From Ramazzottius varieornatus (Eukaryota > Animalia > Tardigrada), in NCBI GenBank assembly GCA_001949185.1, contig BDGG01000003.1:4199158-4263157 (forward strand): a stretch of DNA of 64,000 nt, read 5' to 3'. Position 1 is the stretch's first letter. Every line of letters begins with the position of its first letter. Both the position numbers and the translations under genes were made by a program. Under the pieces are notes generated by a model that saw only the letters and a program-made list of their open reading frames with translations, did not search any database and was not told the origin of the DNA. This document shows, one piece after another, positions 29,296-42,400 of this stretch.

Positions 29296-29895
29296 CTTGA
29301 GATCCTTCACAAGTTGTGGACCACAACCTAGAAGAACTCGAAAGCACGGAAACGTTAGATTTGTAGTAAAATTATTTTGGAAACCAAAACAAACAACAAT
29401 AGAGAATTTGCGAATTACGCGAAACCGCCTTCGGCCTTACGATGCATATACCAATCGACAAGCCGAGTTAAAAGCAAACAGCCAATGGACGACTCAACCA
29501 ACACAGCCAAATAGTTATCGCACTTTCCGAATAACGAATCTTATTTAGCTAAAGCAAGTATACTCCGGGACTACGCTATCTAGAAACGCCCGGGCCCCGG
29601 AACCGGAAGTAGGCTTCAAGATTCTTGATTTTTATATGCGCTTGAGAGATACAAGAGCATGTGTACAGACAATGACACAAAAATGCAGAGCAGCTCGCTA
29701 GACAAAGCAGAAGCAGGGAAAAAGCAACATTATCAGAGGAAACATTATATAAAACGGATAACTATACACTACCGTAAACGAGCGTTCCGCAAAGCCAAAG
29801 GTAAAGGGAACTCTAGGGATTTAAAGTTCAGGCGGTAACATGTACAGCTCCATTGTGTAAAGCGGCTACGAACTAGAGAACCCATGCTTAACTGC

Positions 29896-31017
29896 TTAAT
29901 GAGAAGCTGTAGAAGCACTGGCTGCTTTAGTTTTGGTCGTGTCGTGAGTGCCATGCGCGTCGTCATGAGCTGCCTTCTCTTGAGCAGCATAATCCTGATA
30001 CTTCTTCTTCGAAGTCTTTGTCATAGCTTGCCACTGCGCTCCCAGCTCCTTCAAGTAATCCTTTGCCGGTGTCTCTTCTGGGCGATTATGCATGGCTTCT
30101 TGTATGTAGAAATTGTACGCATTCAGAGGTCGCTTCGGCGGTTCGTCCTTGTTCGGTAAACTCTCCTTGGCGATCCGGGCTCGATCGTAGTCTGCCTTGG
30201 AAGCTTGCTCGTACTTTGCGCGGTCGTTTGTCGACAGATTGCGGAACTCTTCAGCCAGGACACTCATGTACTCGGTCACCTTCTTGTCTTGAGGGCGGTG
30301 AGGCATGTTCTCCTTGACGTACATGTTGTAGGCCGTCAGTGGACGCTTCACCTTGATTCCCTAGAAAGAAACAGCAGTTAACTTCTAGTAAACACCAAGT
30401 CGGAGTACGGTGTGTTAATCGGCCACCCCTACCATCGGCTCGTCTACACGTATCTGGCGGTGGCCGATATATGCATCTTGCCTCCGTCCTAATCCTTAAC
30501 CCGTCTAACCGTCTGCATTCCAGTCGACAAAAACAGCGACAAGAAGAGAAACCACTTCCTGTCGTCATCTACAAAAACTTACCTTCTCTTTAGCATGACG
30601 ATCCTGGTCTTTAGCTGCTAACATCTCATACTTTTCCCGTTCAGTTGGTTTGAGGCGTTTGAAAGCTTCGGTGGCGGCTGTGAAATTGTCGGTAACTTTC
30701 GTTCCATCCGGACGCTTGCCAAGGTGGTCTTTCATGTAATAGTTGAGGGCTGTGAGCGGACGCTTGATTTTGAGAGGCTCTTTGAGAGTCGCCTTTGTCT
30801 TGGCAGTAGTCGTTGTTGATTGCTTCTTTTTGGTCCCTCCAGTAGTAGCAGTTGACTTGGACTTGCCAGTTTTGGACGTCTTGGACGTGGAGCTAGGCGC
30901 TGCGATCCGGGCGACAAAGCCATGCGTGGTAGAGAACAGCGACGGAGTACTGTCGATAGGGATCTGGCGAGAGACGAGCAGAGAACAGCTTCGCAGGAAA
31001 GATGCGGAGAAGGCCAT
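29896..31017 (-). CDS. Mitochondrial HMG-box protein, TFAM-like, three HMG boxes, 2 coding exons
   Basis: Transit-peptide-like MAFSASFLRSCSLLVSRQ; HMG starts KRPLTALNYY, KRPLTAYNMY, KRPLNAYNFY; intron about 30361-30582. Confidence 0.8.
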
Positions 31018-31506
31018 GGCTGCAGACAAAGCAACAGCTTAGTCTTCGATCGAGGCTTTACAGTTTTCACCTGCATAAAGCGAACAGACATGAAATGCAA
31101 AACTCGTGAAGCTCTATCGGCTACCAAAACTCACCAGTGATTAGCATTCACAATTACGAGTTGACCTGAAGTCCTTGTCCACGCAAAAGTCGAGAACGAG
31201 CATCGTGGAAGCAAAAACAGATCAACTACCTGAAGCTCTCGGTCATATGCTGACCAGAAATGTTTAATCATCGCAATCTGGCCATTAATCATCCAGTCGA
31301 TCAAGAAATCAAATGAAACTGCGCTGGTGGTCTGTTGTTGTATGTCATAAGCATATCATCTGTCATGTAATGTCATGTACAGTAACTAGCATTCTGCCAA
31401 TTTTTCGTACGTGCCACGGTGCCTCCGTATATATTCTTGGGTTCTTCTTCGCGGTCTTTCTATTCTCCCACTGATCTTCGTTGTGAATCTTTGTTGCATG
31501 ATTCCA

Positions 31507-32812
31507 ATGGAGCGAGAGAGCGCCGTTTCTAGTGTCTGCAGCAGCGACATCGACTCTTCGTCCCAAGAAGCTCCGTCAACGTCCAAACCGAGCTCCACCA
31601 CTTTACCGTGTCTTTGGAAAGACTGCGAAGAGGTTTGCGACGATGCTATGGCATTCTGGACTCACCTCCAGTGCCATGCTATTGAGAACATGGCCGGACC
31701 ATGCCTGTGGGAACAGTGTCCAAATGGAGGACCGACGGGCGTTTCACGAGCGTCCAGGCATCAGTCAAGGTAATTTAGGATGTCGCACTCGGCAGATAAG
31801 TCCATCCAGATCATTTTCACAAGCGGCGCAAGCTCTCGGCCAATAACAGTGAGGGCGCGCGTCACTTGGAAAACGACACTTTGATTGTTTACCCAGGTGA
31901 CGCACAGTCCCGATGTGATTAGCTTAAAGCGTGCACCACTTGGAAATACGATCTGGGCATTTCATTTGCCGACTGCAAGGTGATTCTTTTTTCATCGCTT
32001 TTGGATCTTCATCTGATAATTAACTAGATGGATATAATTTCCGTAGGTTCATGGAGCACCACATCACCACCCATTTCCCGAAGAACGCCTTCCGATGCTT
32101 CCTTGAAGGTTGCAACAAAGCCTTCGACACTCCAGAGAAGCTGAACGGACACTTGAGCAAGCATCCGCAGCCGAAGAAGAATGAACGACCCGAATTCAAA
32201 TTGGAAGATCCGAACGATGGACGAGTGCGAGAAGCTCCTATGAGTACAATAAGTAAGCCTTTGCAATTCGAGTCTGTCTTCCTTACCTTTATGAACGATG
32301 GTTTGTGGCTCGATAGATATCGCTGGAGGATTGGAGAATCTTCAGAGAATCTGCGCAGCACACGATGTCCTTCGATCCGTCGGGATCTGCTATGTCGCAG
32401 TACACAGGGACTATTTCGTTACCCTCCACGGCATAGTGAGCGCTCCGAAAAATGATTCGTGTTTTCGGAGAGGTGTATGAGACATTTGTTGTATTTTCGT
32501 AGCCCGCGGGAGACTGGAAGTCATGCGCCAATGGATACGAGCAAACGTACAGACTGCATTATCCTTATTTTCCTGATTGGTAATTCTCGAAATACGGTCT
32601 TCACTGTACATATTTGTCGCATAAAATCGGTATTCAGCAAATTCTCACGGTTCTTTTCGCCGTAGGACCAGGCAGCTCTCGATCACCTGCCAACTCGAGT
32701 CTGCTCAAAACAGAAATTCTGTGATAACCTGGAAGCTCCCCCTCTCGAATCCTGTCTTTCGGGATCAGCTCAGACATTTTGTCAAAGAAGCGGAAAAGAG
32801 GTTCGCCAAGTG
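31507..32812 (+). CDS. C2H2 zinc-finger protein, AEBP2/Jing-like (3' end uncertain)
   Basis: CLWKDC...HLQCH, CLWEQC...HITTH, FRCFLEGCNKAFDTPEKLNGHLSKH; the CxWxxC fingers are typical of the AEBP2/GLI-like class. Confidence 0.65.
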
Positions 32813-33394
32813 AGCACCCTCCAACCTTTTCTATTGAACATTTTATAGCTTTTTTGTACTTTTGTATTTTACTGGTGAATTGCTATGTGTTTTCCGTTTT
32901 TGAAATTATTTACGGCGTTCAAAACTACGATGGTATCACTTCTCGGACACCTTTCGTCCGTCCTATACGTACATACCTACAATGATAGCCGAAGGCGTTC
33001 TGCTTGTTCTCGCGAAGCCTGGACAGTCTAGAAACCACTGTCCCAAAAGGCGGCGCTTTGCTGCTCAGAACTTATTACCGGTACATCGGTTTACCTAGTT
33101 CGTATCTCGGCAGATTTCATAGATTGCAAAGGTTTGGTACGCCCCTGCAGGCGATTACGTCTGAACGGCAGTGTGTGGCAGTCTACGTAGCGTTGAAGTC
33201 TACTTAGTCTTATGCCTCACATGTTTCCGCTACATGTATTCCGTGCCCGGTCTAATATCATTCAAAAAACAGTTAAAGATAACACTTTTAATATCGGTAT
33301 AAGCTTTGTAACTTAGGAGAGCGAGCTCAATGACTGAAGCTGTCTCACTAAAGCTGGGGACTTCCTCGTTCGTTGCATTACCTTCAGGAGAATC

Positions 33395-35702
33395 ATGATG
33401 GCGACTTTCGGTGAAGCTTACGTTATTGGTAAGTACGAGACAGTGATTGAGACTGCAGCTTTTACTGGACAACTGGGAAAGCTGTCTTATACGGTGAACT
33501 GTTTGCAGCTGTCGATGTGGGTACGGCTAGTGTGCGAGGAGGTCTATATTTCCTCTCCTCCAAGTCGTTCCAGAAAGTAGCTGTCCAGCCGATCACTGTC
33601 CACAAAGCGATCGTCTCTGTCAAAGACGCTGAGAATACGGAGATCATATCCCAGTCCTCGACGGAAATATGGACAGCTGTATGCCTAGTAGTCCAGAAAG
33701 TTACCCAAGACGTCGACCCAGCTTCCGTGCGCGGTATCGGTTTCGACGCTACCTGTAGCCTCGTGATAGTTGGACCGGAAGGGAAAGCCATGGAAGCTGA
33801 CGGCACGATTGTTAGCTTGGTGGATGGTCAACAGAGTTACCTCGACATCATAATGTGGCAGGATCACCGCGCGAAGTATCCATCACGTCTTTAGCACATG
33901 GGCAAATGACTTGATCAGATCGTATTCCCAAGTGGCGCACACTCCCAGCTATCAGCACTGAGAACGTGCGTCACTTGAAATTACGACTTGATTCAATTTA
34001 GCTGCTCAGGGTCGACTTTATTGGGGACTTCCGGTTTGAAGAAACCTGAAGAATTATCTGAAAATAGAATAAAATCCGTGTTTGCAGGATGGAGACGGAC
34101 TACATCAACAAGGAGCTGGCAGATCATTCAAGCCTGTCGTTCGTGGGAGGGCAAGTCTCAGTTGAAATGCAAATTCCGAAGCTGCTGTGGTTGAAGAAAC
34201 ACCACCCGGAAGTTTTTCACAAAGCCAACAAATTCATGGATCTTTGCGATTTCCTTTCCTGGAAAGCCTCAGGGGACCTCAGTAGAAGCATATGTTCCGT
34301 ACTGTGCAAGTGGCTCTATCAAGTTGACCCAGACGGGCAACGAAGTACTGTATCTCACGGATGGGATGCCGAGCTATTTCGAAGAATAAACCTCGAAGAA
34401 CTTTCTGAGAACAACTTCGACAAGATTGGGTCCGTGATCCGAATTCCTGGGTCTCTCTCAAAAATGTACATTTCTTCCACAGCCGCAAGCGAGTTGGGAC
34501 TTCCGGTGGGAACTCCGGTCTCGATTGGCCTGGTTGACGCGCATGCTGGGGGCCTGGCTATGGCTTACTGTTCTCGTCCTAGCGGCCGTCCCACAGACAG
34601 GTTCAAAAGATTGGCCTTGATCTGCGGAACCTCGATATGCTTCATGCAGTGCAGTCCAAAGCCTGTATTTGTGCCAGGTGTTTGGGGACCGTATTACTCC
34701 GCCATGCTCCCTGACAGCTGGCTTAACGAAGCGGGGCAGGTAAAAAAGCTATATAGACTTATGGAATCAAGGCAAACAGCCAAGGCCTGAAGGTTGTTTT
34801 CGAAGTTGCGCACTCGTTCAGCCAATAATCCTGCGCACGTGCGCCACTTGCGGTAACAGACTGAACCAGATCGTTCGTTCAAGTGGCGCATGCTTCCAGT
34901 CAATAACACCGAAAACATGCGCCACTTTAGATGGAATGTTTTGTTGAGTTTGTTTGCTGAGCTCCCGTGTGGAGCATCTGCCACTGTGATCTGTTGACTG
35001 ATTAAACAGACCGACCAGTTGGGTGTTTATCTTCCGTAGAGCGCTGCTGGACAGTTCCTGGACTTGATGGTCCGTACACATCCATATTACCTCACGTCCC
35101 TCAAGTCTCAAGACCTTACAACAACCTACGTTCACCTGAACAAGCGGATTGAGGAAGTGCGTCAAGAGCAATCGCTGGACGACCCTGGTTTCCTCAGTCG
35201 AGACCTCCACGTCTTTCCTGACTTTCACGGTAACAGGTCGCCACTTTCCAACCCGGACATTAAAGGTATGATCATGGGTCAAACCACGGATTGTGAATCG
35301 GAACTGTCTGTGCTTCGGCTGTACGTAGCTGCCGTACAAGGACTAGCCTATGAGGCCCGATGGATAATGGACGTGTTCGTTGAACATGGGATCGAGATAG
35401 CAGATGTGGCTATTTGTGGCGGACTGGCGCACAACCCGTTCTTCATCCAGACGGTGTCTGACGTGGTAGGCAGACCTGTACTGCTGCCGGATATCAAGGA
35501 AAGTGTCTTGCTGGGTTCGGCTATCCTGGCTGCCAGTGTGTCTGGAGTGTTTTCGAGCCTGGAGGATGCGGCGACCCAAATGGCTGGATCCAGTCGGGCG
35601 GTTGAACCTTGTCTCTCGATGGGAAAGTATCACGACGGCAGGTATAACGTATTTCGAAAGATGGCTCGTTTCCAGGAAGATATTATAAAGGATCGAGCAT
35701 AA
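33395..35702 (+). CDS. FGGY: FGGY-family carbohydrate (D-ribulo)kinase, about 4 exons
   Basis: YVIA/VDVGTASVRGG, GIGFDATCSLV, IIMWQDHRA, VSVEMQIPKLLWLK, LVDAHAGG, ICGTSIC, VPGVWGPY, LNEAGQ, DFHGNRSP, ICGGLAHNP, ESVLLGSA. Confidence 0.95.
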
Positions 35703-36164
35703 ACGATGAAATCGTAAGCATCGTTCCCAATTTTATTCAAAATCAGAGGTTTGACCGCTTTTCGCATTCGAACTTCCGGTTAGAAAATGTCTCGACATGT
35801 ACGATGCTTTCATAGGCCATCTTCACTCTTGTCTGATATCCCAGATGAAAAACGTGACAGAAATGACAAAGAATGTGATGACAGCCGCTGTATAGTAATC
35901 TGTAAACAGCAGAATATTCGACAAGAAAGAGTTGTCCTCGGCTGCAGGAAGCTTTCCCAGGACGTCCATCTTCTCGTACATTTTCGTGAATCAACGATCA
36001 AGGTGCTCCTGGTAGTTGTGAATTTAAAGACCAATTAGCTAGCATATAAGCAACAATATTGAGGAGAAAGGACTGTACGAAAGGCTAAGGCCGAACTGAA
36101 GTCGTTCGCAATCGAACCTACGGTGTATGTTCCCGAAGCAACGCACCAAGTTCCGCACTTACTA

Positions 36165-37236
36165 CAGTCTGATTCAGCCAAGTTGATCCCATGACCGTTT
36201 CTTTCCTTGGAACATTTCGGTTTCTTTGATTCAGCTGATTTGTATTTTCAACAAATTTGGCAAACCAGTGCTTATGTTTTAATCTAACTCGAAAGCTATT
36301 CGAATGAAATCTGACTTTAAAAAAACGTTCTAAAGTAAATTCACAAGAGGGTCCACCAACTGTAGTTCTACCAACTTCTGTAATATTAATAAATATGTAC
36401 AAGAGGTTGTTTTATTTGGGTAAGTCAAAAGAAAAAATATTTAATCAACGTCGAGAGAAGAACTGGCCCAAAACTGCTGATTTTCGGTTTTCCCCGGTAT
36501 TTCTTCCCTTTCCGAAAAAGCGCCAACGCGAGCCTTCTTGTCGACGAAGACGCGTAATTTTTTCGTCAAGGATAGACCCATGTTTGTACTATCTGATCTC
36601 TTAGAGTTGAGCAGTTCTGATGTCTCGGGGTTGCAGAGGAATTTGTCAAGCGCAGGGGGTAAGAACGCATGAAAGCAGTCTTCGTGCTGTGCACTGATCG
36701 AAACTTGAAATGGACCATATTTTTCAGTCCATCAGTTTCCAGCAACGGTTGCAGGAAACAGCTGGTGTAAAAGTTTGGCTATTTTTAACATGAAGATCAC
36801 TTGATGAAACTTGTTTTGTCTTGAGAGAACGCCGCCCGAAAAATCTTCCCAGTTCTCAGGCCAGCGCAACTTTCTCGATGATACGTTACTATAACGATTT
36901 CTCAGAGCTCTGATAGATATAGTGTTAGACAGGTCAATTTTTTATCGATCTTTTGACCCCCGGTCATTCTTATGAATTGTGGAGGAGAAATTTTCGATTG
37001 ATTTTTGGTACAGGAAAGCCGGGGGCCCATTTAGGGTGCGATCACCTTCTTAGCCTACCAAGGATTCGTTCTGGCCCAAGCAAAAATTTCAAAAGCGCTT
37101 TCCCGGATTGAAAACAGGCTTGTGCGGTACCAAATTGCATATACTATCGTTTAAAAACAATGCTGACCTTGTTTGAGATGTTTTCGAGTAGTGAGAACTG
37201 TCCACGGAACAGAGTCAACTTGGCTGAATCAGACTG
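36165..37236. mobile_element. Non-autonomous Tc1/mariner-type DNA element, about 1.07 kb
   Basis: Perfect 22-bp TIRs TA|CAGTCTGATTCAGCCAAGTTGA and TCAACTTGGCTGAATCAGACTG|TA; no transposase ORF recognisable inside. Confidence 0.85.
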
Positions 37237-37484
37237 TAGTACGCATCGTATCCTCAGTGACGGTACAAGAGCTCGGTATTTACATACTGAAGTACAATAA
37301 TTACCTTTTCCTCGCAAATTTTAAGCGATTATCAACGTACACACATACAACACACGGTGGAGAAGTAGAACTGTACGAAAAAAAAGCAAAGAGCAGACTA
37401 CCAAGTGTGATACATAGTAGAATGAATGGCTGAAAGAATGGTATCACTTCCGGGTCCGCTCATTACCCAACTATCCTGAACACA

Positions 37485-38799
37485 TTAGCGTCCCTGGCGC
37501 TCTTCGTTTTTACACCTGTACAACTTGTTCAGCTTCCTGTAGTCCCCTTGACTGATTCGGCTGTTTCCCAGCTCTTGGTTCTTATTCTTTGTGGATCGGA
37601 TAGTCCAGTCTCGAGGTCCCTTCGCAGTACCATCGACATTGTTTGGGGCGGCGTGCATCAAAGAAGTATAATCATAAGGTGTATCCTACAGTGCAGAAAT
37701 CATAAAAACCATCCAGTAACGGGTTTGCTGGCTTCTCCAAGGCTGATTAAGTGAAACATTGGTCTACTCTGTCTTAAATGACCGAATGTGCGAAATCACT
37801 CTTGGATAAGTTACTTACCAAAACGGGGTACTGACCAGCCGACAACTTGTTGAACTTCCGTTGCTTCACTGTTGTCCAGAAAAGTACAACGTGAAAAAAA
37901 TTAGAAACGGAAGGATATACGAGGCGGGACGCTGGCACTTACATCCTCGGAGGTTGTCCATGTTGATTTCCACGTACTGATCGCGGTCCGCGCGATTATT
38001 CTCATGATCGAGGCCTAGCATGTCCGAATAGTATTGATCTGGAGCATTCACATTAATAATTTTGAAATTAATATCCCACCTACCAAGCGCATGAAGAATG
38101 AGATGAGCAACAGTCTCGTAAGTCCAGCAAGCTGAAAAAAATTCCCAAAATCAGGTATGAAAAGCTTCAACCATGGGAGTCAGCCAAAGGTATTGGCGTA
38201 CCATCGGCTATCATGACCTGGGTGGCGGCAGCTTGAACGCCAATTTGGGCCGAGCATCTGCGAGAACAGAATAGCGCCTTATGCGATCAGGTGTGACGAG
38301 CAACTTGACAGAAAGGAGAATGCCGTGCAGTACTGCTGCGTCGTACTTACGCGGCGATATCTGGCTGGATGTTGATATAAGAATCCTCATTGCGTGCGTT
38401 CACGAACTTGATGCAAGTCTGACTTTCGATATCCCGCATGACTTGATCGATCAACCGCGATTTTGCTGGAAGAATCAAACTCAAGAATTTAGTCCCACTT
38501 GTCCGTGAACTCGCGCTGGAAGAACAAGCTATGTTATTTTCTCTTACTGCGATCCATGATGCTCGAGGAAATCCTGTTGGGCACTCTGCCACTGGGCCAC
38601 AAGGTCGCTGCTTTTTTGCTGTCATCTCCGACTCGCGACGGAAGCTCTGAAAAGGAATCGACTCAAGTTGCCCCTCTGGATCCGCGAAGGTGAGCACCTT
38701 ACCGGCACCAAATTCCGGCCGGGCATCTTGTCGCTGCCCGATAGCAGACGCAACCAACATTAGTCCGCAACAAAGCTGGAAGATACAGAGGTTCGCCAT
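37485..38799 (-). CDS. Astacin-family (M12A) metalloprotease homologue lacking the catalytic Glu
   Basis: Signal peptide MANLCIFQLCCGLMLVASAIG; IESQTCIKF; CSAQIG; zinc motif HLILHALG|LDHENNRADRD; Met-turn YDYTSLMH; stop TAA 37485-37487. Confidence 0.88.
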
Positions 38800-39474
38800 C
38801 TTGTGCGCTGCGCCAGTACCTAATATAAATGATTAAAAGAGGAAATTGCCAGGTTCAGGAAAGAGTTTCTTCCCGTCAAGCGTACTACGCTACCAGCTGC
38901 AACACCCACTACCTCAGACAAAATTTATCGGCAAGAAATCTCCCGTGACACAACTTTATACTCCCTATCGCTGCTTGCTGACAAGGAACTAATCACCGAT
39001 CATCTTTTGGATAACTAGACTTTGACTGTCCAAATATCACTATGCATCGATGATAAAATACAACCAGTCCAACCTAGGCACTTCCCGGAAGACTCAACTT
39101 GCTGAGTATGGCGACCCTGCGCCACCTCTTTTACATAATATGATGGCGCAGTCAAGGTCCGTACTTCACGGCACCTTATAGTCGCCTCGATTTGCGAGTG
39201 ACTGGAATACTAATTTTATGATTATGGTTTATTGATAAATAGACCATGAGAAACTAAAGTATATGTAAAACGACCGGTACGTACGTGGCTACCGCCGAAT
39301 GAGGTTGGTCCTCACCTCAGCAGACAGCTCGGCTAAAAACAAACTGTGTAGCTTTCTATACAACAAGAAGCGTTCGTATCAGTCGAGTATCGGTAAATCC
39401 CCGAATGACAGTGTAACACAGATAAGCAAAGAACAGTAAAAAAGAAACCTGTCCTTCGAAGTTGTACAGGGTTC

Positions 39475-42400
39475 TTACGCAAAACCGAAGCCTTCTGAAC
39501 ACTCGTGGATGGCAGTCAGTAACATCGCCCGAAGTTTGTCGTAGTCTTCGTATGCCGGCAGATCCAACTGGTTAAAACTGCAAAAGAAAGCACCAAATTT
39601 TATTTGAACATTCCAGAAAGAGACCATGCACGTGAGCTCGGCAAACGAACTCGACAGAACTGTTTCCCCCAAGTGGCGCACGTTTTCACTATAACTGACC
39701 GAAGGCGTGCACCACTTGGGCAAACAATCTGTCGATTCCGAAGGCTTTTCCAAGTAGCGCAGGCTGCACGCCATATTGGCTGGAAGGCTGCGCAACTTGA
39801 GAAAACGAACCAGTCGAACTCGTCTGCCAGGCTCTCAAATTATGATGCGTAGAGAAAGTAGATTACCATGTGTGAGCTGAAGGTAAGCGATCTGTACTGC
39901 GGTCGTCCCGATGTATCTGGAACTTCTGCGCGCCGCTCATGCCTTCAAGTGCCGCAAAGCCCTGCAGAGGGACTTTGCTGGTCCCCGTGACAAACTGCAG
40001 GAACTTGGCTCGATCTGCCTGATCGAATGATCGAAGAGCCCGCCAAAACCATATAATCTATAAAAACAAAAAAGAAATTTAATTTCAACAATCATCTAAA
40101 ATAAGAAAGAAAACAGATAATACTTGAAGAGACGTCTGTTGGTACTTGTGGTAGTCCGTATTGGTCTTTAGATCGTCCACGTCGATGTTGGGAAGGCCAC
40201 TAATCAGTAGCTCGAGTTCTTGTTCGTTGAAGATGGAAATGAGTCGTTTGGGGATGATTTCGTAAAAGCCTACCACGAGAGCACACATGGGAACCCGTTA
40301 AACAGATACCAAAGGGTGGTGCCTTACCTTCGAGGAAACTGTCCAGCTGTTTGCGGATCGAATGCGTCATCTTCATTTGACAAGCCAGACGGACATATTC
40401 TTGCTTGTTTTCGTCTGTGACGGGGATGTTACGGCCATTGGGTTTCAGGTCGCGAACTTCAGTCACACCAAACTCTTGGACTTCGGTGCTAAAGTAGATC
40501 TCGGAGCCCACTTCATCCACTAAGTGGTTCAAGAGGTAGACAAGCCCTTGGTAGAACGAGTAATCTTCGCTTTCCATATCGGTGTACCTTGAAAAAATAC
40601 CAGGATTCTGACTTTCCGAAACTTAAATTCGACGGAAGAATGTAGAAAGTACCTGACAGGTTTGCCAAGGATGTGTTTGTAGTACGATCGGGTGAAGAAG
40701 CAGTCAAGCAGCTTGTTATCGTAGATGGCTTTGGCGATGAGTCTGCCGACAAACTTGAAGTAGGAGAGATGGTTGGAGTTGATGTTGGACTGGGAATTAA
40801 TCATGTAGGTGACACGATCACCGGGCGACGTCTGGAACAGGGCGTAGTTGGGGTTGAAGATCTCTCTGGAGATGACCGAGTACCATTCCCTCAGCAGACC
40901 ACCGGCGTCCTGCCCTTCTTCCCCATCGAACATGATGTAAAAGCGACCCTTCCAGTCTTCCGCTGGCTTCCGATGCAAATCTAGAACAAATAGAAAAATA
41001 GTAGAGACTGATTGTGAATTTACGTTTTGGGACCTAGACGAACACATTCTGCAAGATCGTTTTTCAAGTGGCGCACTCTTCCAGTCAATAACACCGAAAA
41101 CGTGAGCCAATTGAGAAGTTTTCAAAGTGGCGCACATTTCCAGCTAACTTAGTAACAAGTGAAAAAAGTGATCGTGCCGATTTTCCCGCCGAGCTCCAGT
41201 TTTATATCGTTTCATGAAATTACCTCTGAAGGAGTCTTCGAAAATGTGCGCTCGCCGAATCCTCAACGCCACATCTTCTCTTCTGATACGATGTGCGTCG
41301 ATGCGTTCCAGTTCGTGGCGGAAGTACTTGCGCTTGACGTCAAAGTCCAGCACACGAGTGTGGTCGACCAGGACGGCGAAAGGGCCTTCGCTCAAAGGAA
41401 CGGTTGACTGGCGAAGTATCTGGTTCAGCACGACGCGATGTGTCTCAGCGAACCTGAGGAACTTCTGGACGTCCAGAGGAAGTAATGAAATGGAGGATTG
41501 TTCGGTAGTCGATTCGCCGGCGGCGGGAGCTGGTGAGGAAGGCTGGACGTCATCCAAAGCAGCTTGCAGATCTGCAACAGCATAATTCATCCATATCAAA
41601 TTCACGAGAAAAACAGGATACATCCTACACCCACGTACTACCACCCCATGATAACATACAGCGAAAATGTATGCAGGCGCATGAAAAGAATCAACAACAA
41701 AGTGTTAGTGAACGCACGCAGATACCGTTCATTTGAATGCACCAGCAAACATGCACACCACACTAACTGTACAGTCATCTGTATCCAGGTGGATGAAGCC
41801 CGCTTACCTGGATTGCCTTGTACAGCAGAAATCTGTCGAGTGGCCATTTCCCGTTTATCAGCATTCCGCTTCTCTGTGGCATGTACCAGGAAGAAGGACT
41901 CGACGGTCGGTTGTAGAATCAGAACAGCATTCTGGTCACCAGTCTTCTCCAGTTCACCCAAGCAAGAGCTGAGGTACTTCCACAGGTCTTCCACGTTCAG
42001 CAGTTCGCTCAGCGGTGGCAGGTCCACTTCCGGTTCGGCGTTGGCTATCAGCGGTCGACTCGTACCAGCACGTCCTTCCCTCGGCACCAGAGTGCTACCT
42101 TCAGAGTCCGTGGAGTCATTCGGGGTTGACGCGGCCAGAGGTTCAGGTTCGAATGGAAGGGTTTCGTCAATGTCCATTGGGGATGTTGTCTCGGGGTGCA
42201 TCTTTCGTTGACGATGTCGGTACGACATTTCGAGGAGACGTCGGGCGATGATGTTCATCGTCCCGTTGGGCCATTCGTCCGACTTGTCCGCTACAAATAA
42301 AACTCTTTGATAACCAACCAAGTAAACGAAATAAACGTAAAAATCTTGACCACCAGTCCGCCAATCTTTCATACACCTACATACACAAAGCGTGTATTCA

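Noticed and set aside
30488-30511. CCTAA-like run as a telomerase RNA template or interstitial telomere
   Set aside because: Too short and degenerate, and the species' telomere repeat is unknown.
32985-33210. GC-richer intergenic stretch with small hairpins as RNase P/MRP or SRP RNA
   Set aside because: Conserved boxes of those RNAs were not found on either strand.
33395-35702. FGGY kinase as a horizontally acquired bacterial gene
   Set aside because: It has spliceosomal introns and its motifs fit the ordinary animal FGGY orthologue; nothing in the sequence indicates foreign origin.
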